A DNA stretch of 64,000 nt, taken from assembly GCA_965204745.1 (NCBI GenBank), contig OZ242010.1, forward strand, positions 2,944,001-3,008,000. Reading direction: 5' to 3'. This document shows, piece by piece, positions 49,229-59,119 of this stretch (the first letter of the stretch is position 1; each line of letters starts with the position of its first letter). The DNA comes from Candidatus Latescibacterota bacterium. Lineage in GTDB: Bacteria; Latescibacterota; UBA2968. The position numbers were made by a program, and so were the translations under genes. The notes below the pieces were generated by a model. The model worked only from the letters and a program-made list of their open reading frames with translations, had not been told where the DNA came from and searched no databases.

Positions 49229-50827
49229 GTGATTTATCAATCGGATTATTTGGTCATTGGCAGTGGCATCGCGGGCCTTTCGTTTGCCCTGCAAGCGGCA
49301 GAGACCGGGACCGTCACCCTGATCACAAAAAAGGAATTTCAGGAATCCAATACCAATTACGCGCAGGGCGGGATTGCGTCTGTCTTGCATCCGAGCGACT
49401 CGTTTGACCTGCACCGGCGGGATACCATTCAGGCCGGCGCGGGGTTGTGCCGCGAAGATGTGGTGGATATGGTGGTGCGCGCAGGCCCCAAGATGGTCGA
49501 GGCCCTCATCGCTTGGGGCGCGGAGTTCACGCGGTCGGGAAGCGATCTCGCACTCGGGCGCGAGGGCGGGCACTCAAAAAATCGCATCGTGTATGCCGCG
49601 GACCTGACCGGGCGCGAGATAGAACGCGCCCTGACCCAAGCCGCAGGCGCGCATCCCAACATCGCGGTGTGCGAACACCACATGGCGATTGATTTCATCG
49701 CGGCCCCCCGGGTTCACAAAACGAAAACCACAACGCAGGGAACGACGCACTGCTGGGGCGTCTATGCCTTGGATACCAACCGCGGGCAAGTCAAAACCTT
49801 TCTGGCAAAATACACCTTGTTGTGCAGCGGCGGATGCGGTCAAATCTACTTGCACTCGACCAACCCGGCCATCGCCACCGGCGACGGCATTGCGATGGCC
49901 TATCGCGCAGGCGCGAGCGTGGGCAATTTGGAATTTATGCAGTTTCACCCCACCGCGCTCTTTCACCGCGAAGCCGATTCCTTTTTGATTTCCGAAGCCG
50001 TGCGCGGGCACGGGGGCATTTTGGTGGATCGCGCCGGGCGGGCATTTATGGTCGATTACCACGCGATGGGCGAGCTCGCGCCCCGAGACGTGGTCGCGCG
50101 CGCCATTGACAGCGAAATGAAAAAGACCGGCGATCCATGTGTTTATCTCGACATCACCCATTGCCCGCGTGCGGAATTGCAGGAGCGTTTTCCGACCATT
50201 TACGCGCAGTGCATGCAATTCGGCATCGACATGGCACGCGATCCCATCCCGGTTGTGCCGGCCGCGCACTACATGTGCGGCGGGGTCTTCACGGATACGT
50301 GGGGGCGCACGGACATCGAACGGCTCTACGCCTCGGGCGAGATCGCCTGCACCGGCTTGCACGGCGCGAATCGCTTGGCGAGCAATTCCCTCTTGGAAGC
50401 CCTGTTCTTTTCCCATCGCGCTTATGCCCACATCCAACGCGATGCCGATGCGCGGCGCGATTTTCCCAACATACCCGCACGGCAAAACGCCGCTGCGTTC
50501 AATAAAGAGAAATGGCGTTTGCTATCAAGTGCCCAGCGCGAAGTGCAGGAACTGATGTGGGATGATGTAGGGATTGTGAGATCGGATCTTCGCTTGCAAC
50601 GCGCATCTGACCGCATCGACGCCATCGCACGGGAAGTCGAAGCCTTTTACACCCGCTCACGAGTAACAGAAGCCCTGCTCGAACTCCGCAACATGACCAC
50701 GGTCGCCGCGCTGACCATTCGCTGCGCCCTATCCCGCCGCGAAAGCCGCGGCCTCCACCACACCCTCAACTGCCCCGACATGGCCGAATCCGCAAGAGAT
50801 ACGCTGATCCAAAAAGGTGAGAGGTGA
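49229..50827 (+). CDS. nadB: L-aspartate oxidase
   Basis: GSGIAG, SNTNYAQGGIA, REGGHS, QFHPT, HGANRLASNSLLE. Confidence 0.95.
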   Translation: MIYQSDYLVIGSGIAGLSFALQAAETGTVTLITKKEFQESNTNYAQGGIASVLHPSDSFDLHRRDTIQAGAGLCREDVVDMVVRAGPKMVEALIAWGAEFTRSGSDLALGREGGHSKNRIVYAADLTGREIERALTQAAGAHPNIAVCEHHMAIDFIAAPRVHKTKTTTQGTTHCWGVYALDTNRGQVKTFLAKYTLLCSGGCGQIYLHSTNPAIATGDGIAMAYRAGASVGNLEFMQFHPTALFHREADSFLISEAVRGHGGILVDRAGRAFMVDYHAMGELAPRDVVARAIDSEMKKTGDPCVYLDITHCPRAELQERFPTIYAQCMQFGIDMARDPIPVVPAAHYMCGGVFTDTWGRTDIERLYASGEIACTGLHGANRLASNSLLEALFFSHRAYAHIQRDADARRDFPNIPARQNAAAFNKEKWRLLSSAQREVQELMWDDVGIVRSDLRLQRASDRIDAIAREVEAFYTRSRVTEALLELRNMTTVAALTIRCALSRRESRGLHHTLNCPDMAESARDTLIQKGER

Positions 50828-51043
50828 GAGGCAAGACGGGAGAAGGCCACCCCTCTTGTATCTTTGGGCGAGCACGGGGCATCGCCCTACAAAGGGGGTT
50901 GGGCGGGGCGGACTGACCACTGACCACTGACCACTGACCACTGACCACTGACCACTGACCACTGACCACTGACCACTGACCACTGACCACTGACCACTGA
51001 CCACTGACCACTGACCACTGACCACTGACCACTGACCACTGAC
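50816..51043. repeat. Composite repeat ending in (CTGACCA)n, about 18 copies
   Basis: perfect heptamer array 50912-51043 preceded by GAAGGCCACC and REP-like modules. Confidence 0.95.
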
Positions 51044-51169
51044 AATGCGAATTGAGAGTAGAAAGCGAGTAAGAAGCAAGCCACAACCCATCATCCAAAG
51101 ACATGAACGAGGTTCTGTTGACATTTTGTTTTTGAGCGATGAGCGTGACCGTCCTCGCCGCCCTGCCAT

Positions 51170-51643
51170 CCGTGTCTGAATCGCGGATTAAACGGATTAC
51201 GCGGATTGCGCGGATTACCCACCACCGCCTTACCGCAGGACCTATCCCCCCGGCCCCCGTTATTCGCTTCGCTCATTGTAGGCTACGCCTGTGCCTACGA
51301 GGAAAGGGGGAGCGCATGGCTTTCTTAAAGGTTTGCATCCAGGGCTGTTTTGATGGCTTTGGGCGACTGGATCACGCCATGAAAAAGCGACCTATCCCCC
51401 CGGCCCCCTTTCCTGCGAGGAAAGGGGGAGCGCATGGCTTTCTTGAAAGGTTGTATCCAGGGCTGTTTTGATGGCTTTGGGCGACTGGATCACGCCATGA
51501 ACCCCAAAAAACCTATCGCCATTCTCCTCGCACAACCTCTCGCTATTCCCCCTTCCTCTTAGGAAGGGGGTTAGGGGGTAGGTCCCCCTCGCAGGCACAG
51601 GCGTAGCCTACAACGAAGCGTAGCGAGTAACGGGGCTAGGTCC
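51170..51643. repeat. Palindromic MITE/REP-like composite element with internal tandem duplication
   Basis: two units starting GACCTATCCCCCCGGCCCCC (51239, 51389); homologous to 37451-37772. Confidence 0.85.
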
Positions 51644-51652
51644 AAAATTTCC

Positions 51653-51682
51653 TTGACAAGCAACGGCGTGGTACCTTAACTT
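51653..51682 (+). promoter_or_regulatory. Possible sigma-70 promoter
   Basis: TTGACA-N18-TAACTT upstream of the surface protein gene. Confidence 0.4.
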
Positions 51683-51934
51683 TTTTTTATCATCGTTATT
51701 TATTGCCCGCAGGCAAAAGCCATGCCTGCACAACTCGTTATATTTTTTAGGAGGTTTTGTATGTTGACCGCCATTTTTCGACGTTGTTCAAACCTGTTTG
51801 GAGGCCACCGTTCCCCTGCGAAAAGTGGCGTTTATATCGCCCAGTCTCGTCTTGGAATGTGGTTCTATTCCATTGCAAAGCAGTCTGTTAAGATGATCAG
51901 TACAGTGTACCCCTCCCTCGAGAGGAGGATCAAA

Positions 51935-54900
51935 ATGACGTCTCTCTACGCTCGCTTGTTGGCCCTGGTCGCGCTGGTCATGCTGATGGCATCGGGGCCG
52001 GCTTTTGCCCAAACCACCGTCGACTACGACTTGGACAACGACGGCTACATTGATGTATCCACCCACGCCCAACTCAATGCCATTCGCTGGGACCTCAACG
52101 GCGATGGTGCCATAGACGCAAGGGCCACGTCCAGCGATACGACCACCTACAACGCCGCATTCCCCAACGCCGCCACCGGCATGGGTTGCGCCGCCGCCAC
52201 CTGCGTCGGCTACGAACTCACCGCCAACATTGACCTAGACACCGACGGCGACGGCAACATCGGCACAGACACCGACGACACCTACTACAACGGCGGCGCA
52301 GGCTGGCTTCCCATCGGCGACGACTCCGGCAACAGATACACAGCCGATTTCAAGGGCAACGGCTACACCATAAACAACCTGTTCATCAACCGAACCACCA
52401 GCGATGTCGGGCTGTTCGGCGCTATTAACCACACATCCCGCATCGAGACCTTGGGCGTAATCAACGCCAACGTTACGGCGCAGCGATACGTCGGCATTCT
52501 GGCAGGCGACGCTTACGGTGAAATCGTCGCCTGTTACACCACAGGCTCGGTAAGTGCTTCCAACTCCAGCAGCGATGTTGGCGGGTTGGTAGGCTTCATA
52601 GGCGTCTCTGGCGGATCCTCAGGGTCTATCAAATCCAGCTACTCCACTGCTTCCGTCAGCGGAGTTAATTATGTCGGCGGTCTGGTAGGGCGGGTCACTG
52701 CCGCCGGCACAAATATAACAAACTCATATGCCACCGGCGCCGTCAGCGGCACAGGAAGCAACGTCGCCGGGCTAATAGGGTTTGCCAGCAGCGTCCCCGG
52801 CAGCTCCGCCGCTATCTACTGGGACACCCAAACCAGTACCCAGACAACCAGCGCCGGCGGCGGCTCAGGACAGACCACCAGTGCTCTCCGAGGTCCCACC
52901 GGCTACACCGGCATCTACTCCTCATGGAACGCCAACATAGACGGCAACGCCGGCAACGACGACCCCTGGGACTTCGGAACGTCATCGCAGTATCCGGTAC
53001 TGAAGTACGGTGGTCATTCCCTGGCCGCCCAGGGCCGGACAGTCACTGACTACGACATGGACAATGACCGCCTGATTGACATCACCACTTTGGCGCAACT
53101 CAACGTCATTCGCTGGGACCTCAACGGCGATGGTGCCATAGACTCAAGTGCCACGTCCAGCGATACGACCGCCTACAACACCGCCTTTTCCAACCGTGAC
53201 ATCGGTAGCGCCCGGATGGGTTGCCCGTCCGGTACCTGCACAGGCTACGAGTTGCTCAACAACCTCAACTTTGACCAGAACAACGACGGCGCAATCACCC
53301 AAGCAGACACCACCTACTGGAATAGCGGCCAAGGCTGGATGCCCATCGGCTCCGACGCCAACCCAGCGTCTCGATACACAGGCGATTTCAAAGGCAACGG
53401 CTACACCGTCCAAAACCTGTTCATCAGCCGCAGCACCGTTAGCTACCAAGCACTGTTCGGTAGCACCGGCACCAACTCCCGCATCGAGTCACTGGGCGTA
53501 ACCGACGCCGATGTTACGGCAGACGACTTTAGTGCCATTCTGGTCGGCGGCAATCGCGGCGAAATCGTCGCCTGCTACACCACCGGTCGCATGACGGGCG
53601 ACAATGTCGTCGGCGGTCTGGTCGGCTGGACCGGAGGCTCCATTTCCACAAGCTACTCCCTCGCATCCGTCAGCGCAACTGAGAGGCTCGGCGGGCTGGT
53701 GGGCTCAAAAGCGACCACCGGCTCCATAACAAACTCCTACTCCACCGGCGCGGTCAGCCTCTCCAGCGGGTCGATGACATCTATCGGCGGGCTGTTGGGC
53801 GAGTCGAATGCCGGCACGGGCACGGTTACCTATAGCTACTGGGACACCACAGCCAGCGGGCGCCAAACGAGCTTCGGCGGTAGCGGCGCGATAGGCAGAA
53901 CCACCATGCAACTCCAGAACCCCACCACCTACGGTGCCACCACCAACGACACCTACTACAACTGGAACGCCAACCTCGACGGACAATCCGGCAACGACGA
54001 TCCGTGGACCTTTGGCGCGATGGATCAGTATCCTGTGTTGAAGTATGCCGGCATGGACACCACCGTGCAATTTCAGCTTCAACCCGCGATAGTGACGTTG
54101 GCACTGACGCCCTCGTCGATTTTGGAAAACGGCGGGATGAGCACCGTGACCGCGACGCTGGCACACCCATTGAGCGCGGCGACGACGATCACGGTGCATC
54201 CTGTGACCGGTGCTTACACGGTGGGGGCGGATTCGACGATCACCATCGCGGCAGGGCAAACCGCGAACGCGTCGGACACGGTGGTCATCACAGCAGTGGA
54301 CAATACCCAAGACGCGCCTAATCGCGACGTGGACATGTCCGTTGTGGCGGGCAACGCCCAAGGCGCGGGCAGAGTGACCGCGACTTTGACTTTGACGCTG
54401 GAGGACGACGACCCTGCACCGATAGCGACGTTGGCGGCGAACCCGTCGTCGATTTCGGAGAACGGCGCGGTTTCGACGGTCACGGCGTCACTATCGCGTC
54501 CATCAAGCGCGGCGACGACGATCACGGTGCGTCCTGTGGCGAGTGCTTATACGGTGGCGGCGGATTCGACGATCACCATCGCGGCAGGGGACACGATTAA
54601 TGCGTCGGACACGGTGATCATCACAGCGGTGAACAATACCCAAGACGCGCCTAATCGCCCCGTGACCGTGTCCGGTGTGATGAGCAACGCCCAAGGCGCG
54701 GGTAGTGTGACCGGGGCATCTTTAACGCTGGAGGACGACGAAGCTGCGCCGGACGTGACGATGGTTTTGTCGCCTATGTCGATTGCAGAGAACGGCGGCG
54801 TCTCGACCGTGACAGCGACCCTGTCTCACACGTCGAGCGATCCGACGACGATTACGGTGACAGTGGCGCCTGTGCTACCTGCGGTTGCGGGCGACTACAC

Positions 54901-56494
54901 GATAAGCACGCCGGCCACGCTGACCGTCGCGGCGGGGCAAACGATGAGCGCGGGCACCGTGACGATCACAGGGGTGAATAACGCCGATGCTACGGGGAAC
55001 AAGACGGTGACCGTGTCGAGTACGCTAACCAACAGCGTAGGCACGGGATCGGTCACTGATGTGACGCTGACGCTTGTCGATGACGACGTGCCGCAGGTGA
55101 CGTTGGTTTTGACTCCGGCGTCGATTACGGAGAATGCCCAGGTTTCCACGATCACGGCGACGCTGGATCGCATCGCAACCACGGCGGCGACGGTCACGGT
55201 TTCAGCGATGGCTGTGTCGCCTGCGGTTGCGGGCGATTTTACGCTATCGACCACGACCACGCTGACCTTCGCGGCGAATGTGACGACGAGCACGGGCAGC
55301 GTGACGATCACCTCGGTGAACGATACGACCGATGCGCCTGACAAGGAAGTGACCGTGTCTGCAACGGTGACGGGTGGCAATATGGCGGTGCTATCATCTT
55401 CCGAGACCCTGACGATCACCGATGATGACGCGCCGCCGAGGCTCTCGATCAGTTCGCCGAGTGCGGTTGAGGGCACTGCCCTGACGTTCACCGTCAGATT
55501 GAATGCGGCGAGCGGCAAAGAGGTGACGGTGGCGTATGCAGACGCGAGCACGGGCACCGCGACTTCGGGGACCGATTACACCGCGCTTACCGCAGGGACC
55601 CTGACCTTCGCGGCGGGCACGACCAGCCAGACCTTCGCTGTTTCTGTGAGCGACGACGGGGATGATGAGCCGAACGAGACCGTGGAGGTGACTTTGAGCA
55701 ACGCGGTCAATGCCACCTTTGATGGCGGGGCGACGAGCCTCACCGGCACAGGGACGATTATCGATGACGATGGCATGCCTGCGCTGAGTATCGGTTCGCC
55801 AAGCGTGATTGAAGGCGCGACCGGCGCGACCCTAACCTTTCGGGTGTACCTACGCCCGGCGCACACGGCACAAGTGACGGTGGCGTATGCAGACGCGGGC
55901 ACGGGCACCGCGACTTCGGGGACCGATTACACCGCGCTTACCGCAGGGACCCTGACCTTCACGGTAGGCGATACCATCCAGACCATCCCTGTTTCTGTGA
56001 CCGACGACTCGGATGATGAGCCGAACGAGACCGTGATCGTGACGCTGAGCAGTGCGACCAATGCGACCATAAGCACGGCGCAAGGCACAGGGACGATTAT
56101 CGATGACGAAACCTCGAGTGCCAACTTGGATGTGGATGGCGATGGCCGGGTGAGATTGTTCTCGGATATAATCCTGGTCATTCGATACGTCCTCTTCTTC
56201 CGGGAAGAGGCCCTCCTCAGAGGGAACGTCATCGAGCCAACTGCCACGCGCAAGACCGCTCAAGAAATTGAACCCTACCTCGACACGTTGGTCAATCAGA
56301 ACATTCTCGATGTGGATGGCGATGGCGATGTGAGGCTGTTCTCGGATATAATCCTGATCATTCGATATGTCCTCTTCTTCCGGAACGAGGCCCTCGTCAG
56401 AGGGAACGTCATCGAGCCAACTGCCACGCGCACGACCGCTCAAGCCATTGAACCCTACATCCGAAGCCTCTATCCCGACTCCCACTTCCAATGA
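51935..56494 (+). CDS. Large secreted surface protein (GLUG-type repeats, Ig-like/Calx-beta domains)
   Basis: GAGGAGG RBS, signal peptide ending AFA-Q, two VGGLVG-rich blocks, Calx-beta TATSGTDY..GTLTF..EPNET, duplicated C-terminal LDVDGDG module. Confidence 0.9.
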   Translation: MTSLYARLLALVALVMLMASGPAFAQTTVDYDLDNDGYIDVSTHAQLNAIRWDLNGDGAIDARATSSDTTTYNAAFPNAATGMGCAAATCVGYELTANIDLDTDGDGNIGTDTDDTYYNGGAGWLPIGDDSGNRYTADFKGNGYTINNLFINRTTSDVGLFGAINHTSRIETLGVINANVTAQRYVGILAGDAYGEIVACYTTGSVSASNSSSDVGGLVGFIGVSGGSSGSIKSSYSTASVSGVNYVGGLVGRVTAAGTNITNSYATGAVSGTGSNVAGLIGFASSVPGSSAAIYWDTQTSTQTTSAGGGSGQTTSALRGPTGYTGIYSSWNANIDGNAGNDDPWDFGTSSQYPVLKYGGHSLAAQGRTVTDYDMDNDRLIDITTLAQLNVIRWDLNGDGAIDSSATSSDTTAYNTAFSNRDIGSARMGCPSGTCTGYELLNNLNFDQNNDGAITQADTTYWNSGQGWMPIGSDANPASRYTGDFKGNGYTVQNLFISRSTVSYQALFGSTGTNSRIESLGVTDADVTADDFSAILVGGNRGEIVACYTTGRMTGDNVVGGLVGWTGGSISTSYSLASVSATERLGGLVGSKATTGSITNSYSTGAVSLSSGSMTSIGGLLGESNAGTGTVTYSYWDTTASGRQTSFGGSGAIGRTTMQLQNPTTYGATTNDTYYNWNANLDGQSGNDDPWTFGAMDQYPVLKYAGMDTTVQFQLQPAIVTLALTPSSILENGGMSTVTATLAHPLSAATTITVHPVTGAYTVGADSTITIAAGQTANASDTVVITAVDNTQDAPNRDVDMSVVAGNAQGAGRVTATLTLTLEDDDPAPIATLAANPSSISENGAVSTVTASLSRPSSAATTITVRPVASAYTVAADSTITIAAGDTINASDTVIITAVNNTQDAPNRPVTVSGVMSNAQGAGSVTGASLTLEDDEAAPDVTMVLSPMSIAENGGVSTVTATLSHTSSDPTTITVTVAPVLPAVAGDYTISTPATLTVAAGQTMSAGTVTITGVNNADATGNKTVTVSSTLTNSVGTGSVTDVTLTLVDDDVPQVTLVLTPASITENAQVSTITATLDRIATTAATVTVSAMAVSPAVAGDFTLSTTTTLTFAANVTTSTGSVTITSVNDTTDAPDKEVTVSATVTGGNMAVLSSSETLTITDDDAPPRLSISSPSAVEGTALTFTVRLNAASGKEVTVAYADASTGTATSGTDYTALTAGTLTFAAGTTSQTFAVSVSDDGDDEPNETVEVTLSNAVNATFDGGATSLTGTGTIIDDDGMPALSIGSPSVIEGATGATLTFRVYLRPAHTAQVTVAYADAGTGTATSGTDYTALTAGTLTFTVGDTIQTIPVSVTDDSDDEPNETVIVTLSSATNATISTAQGTGTIIDDETSSANLDVDGDGRVRLFSDIILVIRYVLFFREEALLRGNVIEPTATRKTAQEIEPYLDTLVNQNILDVDGDGDVRLFSDIILIIRYVLFFRNEALVRGNVIEPTATRTTAQAIEPYIRSLYPDSHFQ

Positions 56495-56679
56495 AAGCCT
56501 GTTCTCTGACCGCCACAGATGGCGATGGCAATGTGAATTTCGCCGACTTCTTGACCTTTGCGGATAAGTTCGGATCGCGGCTCGGACAGGAGCGATATGA
56601 CCCCCGGTGCGATGGCGATGGTCAAATTGACTCTGCCGATTGCTTCATCTTCGTCGCCGACTTTGGCTCGACAGGCTGA
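56491..56679 (+). pseudogene. Detached EF-hand/dockerin-like C-terminal module
   Basis: DGDGNVNFADFLTFADKFG..YDPRCDGDGQID..DCFIFVADFG. Confidence 0.6.
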
Positions 56680-56702
56680 ACGACGAAAGATGCAAACAAA
56701 CA

Positions 56703-56733
56703 AAAGCCCGGGTTCACAGTGAACTCAGGCTTT
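56703..56733. terminator. Rho-independent terminator
   Basis: AAAGCCCGGGTTCAC-A-GTGAACTCAGGCTTT followed by a T-rich tract. Confidence 0.7.
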
Positions 56734-56750
56734 ACTTTTTGGAATTGGAA

Positions 56751-56828
56751 CCTACCCCCTAGCCCCGTTACTCGCTACGCTTCGTTGTAGGCTACGCCTG
56801 TGCCTACGAGGAAGATACAAGGGGGAAT
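56751..56828 (+). repeat. Partial copy of the palindromic element
   Basis: CCCCGTTACTCGCTACGCTTCGTTGTAGGCTACGCCTGTGCCT, reverse complement of about 51593-51640. Confidence 0.8.
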
Positions 56829-57055
56829 AACATCTCTCCGTTGCGGAGAAGAGCCAGAGGAGAGGCATCCATCGTTCGTTTTAAGACAAGTTCAAGGGCG
56901 ATTCTATAATGGATGACTCGTTCATGTCTTTGGATGATTGACCGCGGCTTGCTTCTTACTCGCTTTCTACTCTTAATTCGCATTGACAACTGACAACTTG
57001 AGAGGGATAGCGCGGTAGCCTTCTTCCATCTCACGCCTTTGCTGAAAACTACCTT

Positions 57056-58165
57056 ATGAAAATTACACACGTCGAAGCCATTCACTTGCGGTTGCCCAAA
57101 ATTGAGGAGGCAGCCGATGGCACGCAGGATTGCCTGATCGTGCGCGTGCAGACCGATGCGGGTATTGCGGGATTGGGCGAGGTGGTGTCGTGTTCTTATG
57201 TGGGCAAGGCCGTGATTGAAGCGCCGCGCTCCGCGCCGTTTCGCCACGGATTGGCCGCGATAGTCACCGGGATGGACGCGCTCGATTTGGACGCGATTCA
57301 CAATGCGATGATCCAAGGGGTATCGTGGTACGGCCCAGGCGGTGTGGCGCGGCACGCGATGAGTGGCGTCGATATGGCGTTGTGGGATATTCGGGGCAAG
57401 GTGGAAGGCAAACCCGTGCGCCGGCTGTTGCGGGAAGATGCGGCAGATGCGGTGCCCGCTTATGCGAGCGTGTTGTGGCCCGCGCGTCCGGAGTTGGTGC
57501 GGGAATCCGCCGAGCAATTTACCGCGCAGGGATATCGGGCCGTGAAGTACGGTTGGGTGCCGATGGGGCCAGATCCCGCGTTGGACGAGGCACTGGTGGC
57601 CGCGGCCAGGGCGGCTTTGGGTCCGGATGTGGCTTTGATGGTGGATGCCGGTCGCGCGTGGGATGCCGAGACCGCGCTGGGTCGCGTGGCGCGATTTGAG
57701 AAATACGATGTGTTTTGGCTCGAGGAGCCGTTGCATCCATTTGATGTGCGAGGCTATGCCGAGGTAGCCACGCGGTCATCCATTCCAATTGCCGGGGGCG
57801 AAGCCATGACCCTGGTGGGCGAATACGCCGATTTGTTGCACACTGGGAAACTCCATTTTGTACAGCCAGATCTCGGGCGCGTGGGCGGGTTGACCGGCGC
57901 GCGGGCGATTGAGCAGTTGGCAAAAGAGGCGGGGGCGCGGGCCGTGCCGCATGCGTATGGCACTGGGGTTTTGTTGGCCGCATCCGCGCAATGGGCCGCA
58001 ACGAGCGACCAACCCCTGACCGAGTACACGCGCGCGCCTTCGCCCTTAGCACGCAATCTGGCGCGGCACAACATGGTATTTCGAGACGGTGCGTTGCACT
58101 TGACGGATGAACCCGGTCTCGGCGTGGAATTGGATGAAGAGGTGGTGGCGGAGTTCAGAGTATAG
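57056..58165 (+). CDS. Mandelate racemase/muconate lactonizing enzyme family enolase
   Basis: SGVDMALWDIRGK, LMVDAG, WLEEP, GGE, QPD, PH, PGLGVELD. Confidence 0.92.
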   Translation: MKITHVEAIHLRLPKIEEAADGTQDCLIVRVQTDAGIAGLGEVVSCSYVGKAVIEAPRSAPFRHGLAAIVTGMDALDLDAIHNAMIQGVSWYGPGGVARHAMSGVDMALWDIRGKVEGKPVRRLLREDAADAVPAYASVLWPARPELVRESAEQFTAQGYRAVKYGWVPMGPDPALDEALVAAARAALGPDVALMVDAGRAWDAETALGRVARFEKYDVFWLEEPLHPFDVRGYAEVATRSSIPIAGGEAMTLVGEYADLLHTGKLHFVQPDLGRVGGLTGARAIEQLAKEAGARAVPHAYGTGVLLAASAQWAATSDQPLTEYTRAPSPLARNLARHNMVFRDGALHLTDEPGLGVELDEEVVAEFRV

Positions 58166-58243
58166 GAAAGTCAGTGGTCATATCGAGTGGTTGCGATGGC
58201 TCGATCCGAGATCGATGTTCGGCGTTTTTAGAAAGGGGATGGA

Positions 58244-59107
58244 ATGGCTTCTGTGAAAGAGATCTACAAGTTTGACGAATTGACGTGGCCCGAGGTGAAC
58301 GCGGCCGTGGCGATGGGGAAAATCCCGATTATTCCGACTGGCGCGGTCGAGCAACACGGGCATCACTTGCCCTTGAAGGTCGATCATCTGTGCGCCAATG
58401 CCGTGGCGACGGAAGGCGCGCGTCTCAAGCCGGAATACAGTTTGGTGTTGCCGCCGGTGAGTTATGGGTACGTCCATCACGTCATGGATTTTCCCGGCTC
58501 GTTGAATATCCACTACGAACACTTCATTCAATACGTGCTGGACATTTGCAAAAGTTTGGCGTATCACGGGTTCAAGAAGATGATTCTCGTCAATGGGCAC
58601 GGGTCCAATCACAACCTGGTCGAGATGGTTGCGCGGCGCACCATTTTGGAGACGGACGCGAGTTGCGCCTTTTGCTCGTGGTGGCAACTGCTCAAGGTCG
58701 ATCCCGAGTTTGACGACAAATGGCGCGAGAGCGTGTTTCCGGGTGGGTGTTCGCATGCGGGCGAGTTGGAGACGTCGATGTTGCTCTACTTGTCGCCAGA
58801 GAGCGTGCGGCAGGACAAAATCAAGAGCGAGATCGCCAAGACCAATCAGCGCGGGTCCGAGTTTATTTGGACGGATCTGTTCGCACGAGGGCCTGTCGGG
58901 CTGGTGGAATGGACGAGTCAGTATTCGGATTCGGGCGTGATGGGCGAGGCCGAGAAAGCCACCGCGGAAAAGGGCAAGGTCGTGTTTGAAGAGGCGAGCA
59001 AAAATCTGGCGCGATTCGTCGAAGAATACTATCATCAAAAGATCGAGGCACACACGCATCACCAAGCACAAGAACCGACATTCCCATTGTCGTTCACCAG
59101 TCATTAG
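58244..59107 (+). CDS. Creatininase family protein
   Basis: GAVEQHGHHLP..D, NGHGSN, HAGELETS. Confidence 0.92.
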   Translation: MASVKEIYKFDELTWPEVNAAVAMGKIPIIPTGAVEQHGHHLPLKVDHLCANAVATEGARLKPEYSLVLPPVSYGYVHHVMDFPGSLNIHYEHFIQYVLDICKSLAYHGFKKMILVNGHGSNHNLVEMVARRTILETDASCAFCSWWQLLKVDPEFDDKWRESVFPGGCSHAGELETSMLLYLSPESVRQDKIKSEIAKTNQRGSEFIWTDLFARGPVGLVEWTSQYSDSGVMGEAEKATAEKGKVVFEEASKNLARFVEEYYHQKIEAHTHHQAQEPTFPLSFTSH

Positions 59108-59119
59108 AGGAGGAAAACG

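Noticed and set aside
58244-59107. Mycofactocin MftE
   Set aside because: No mftA precursor or radical SAM gene nearby; generic creatininase family only.
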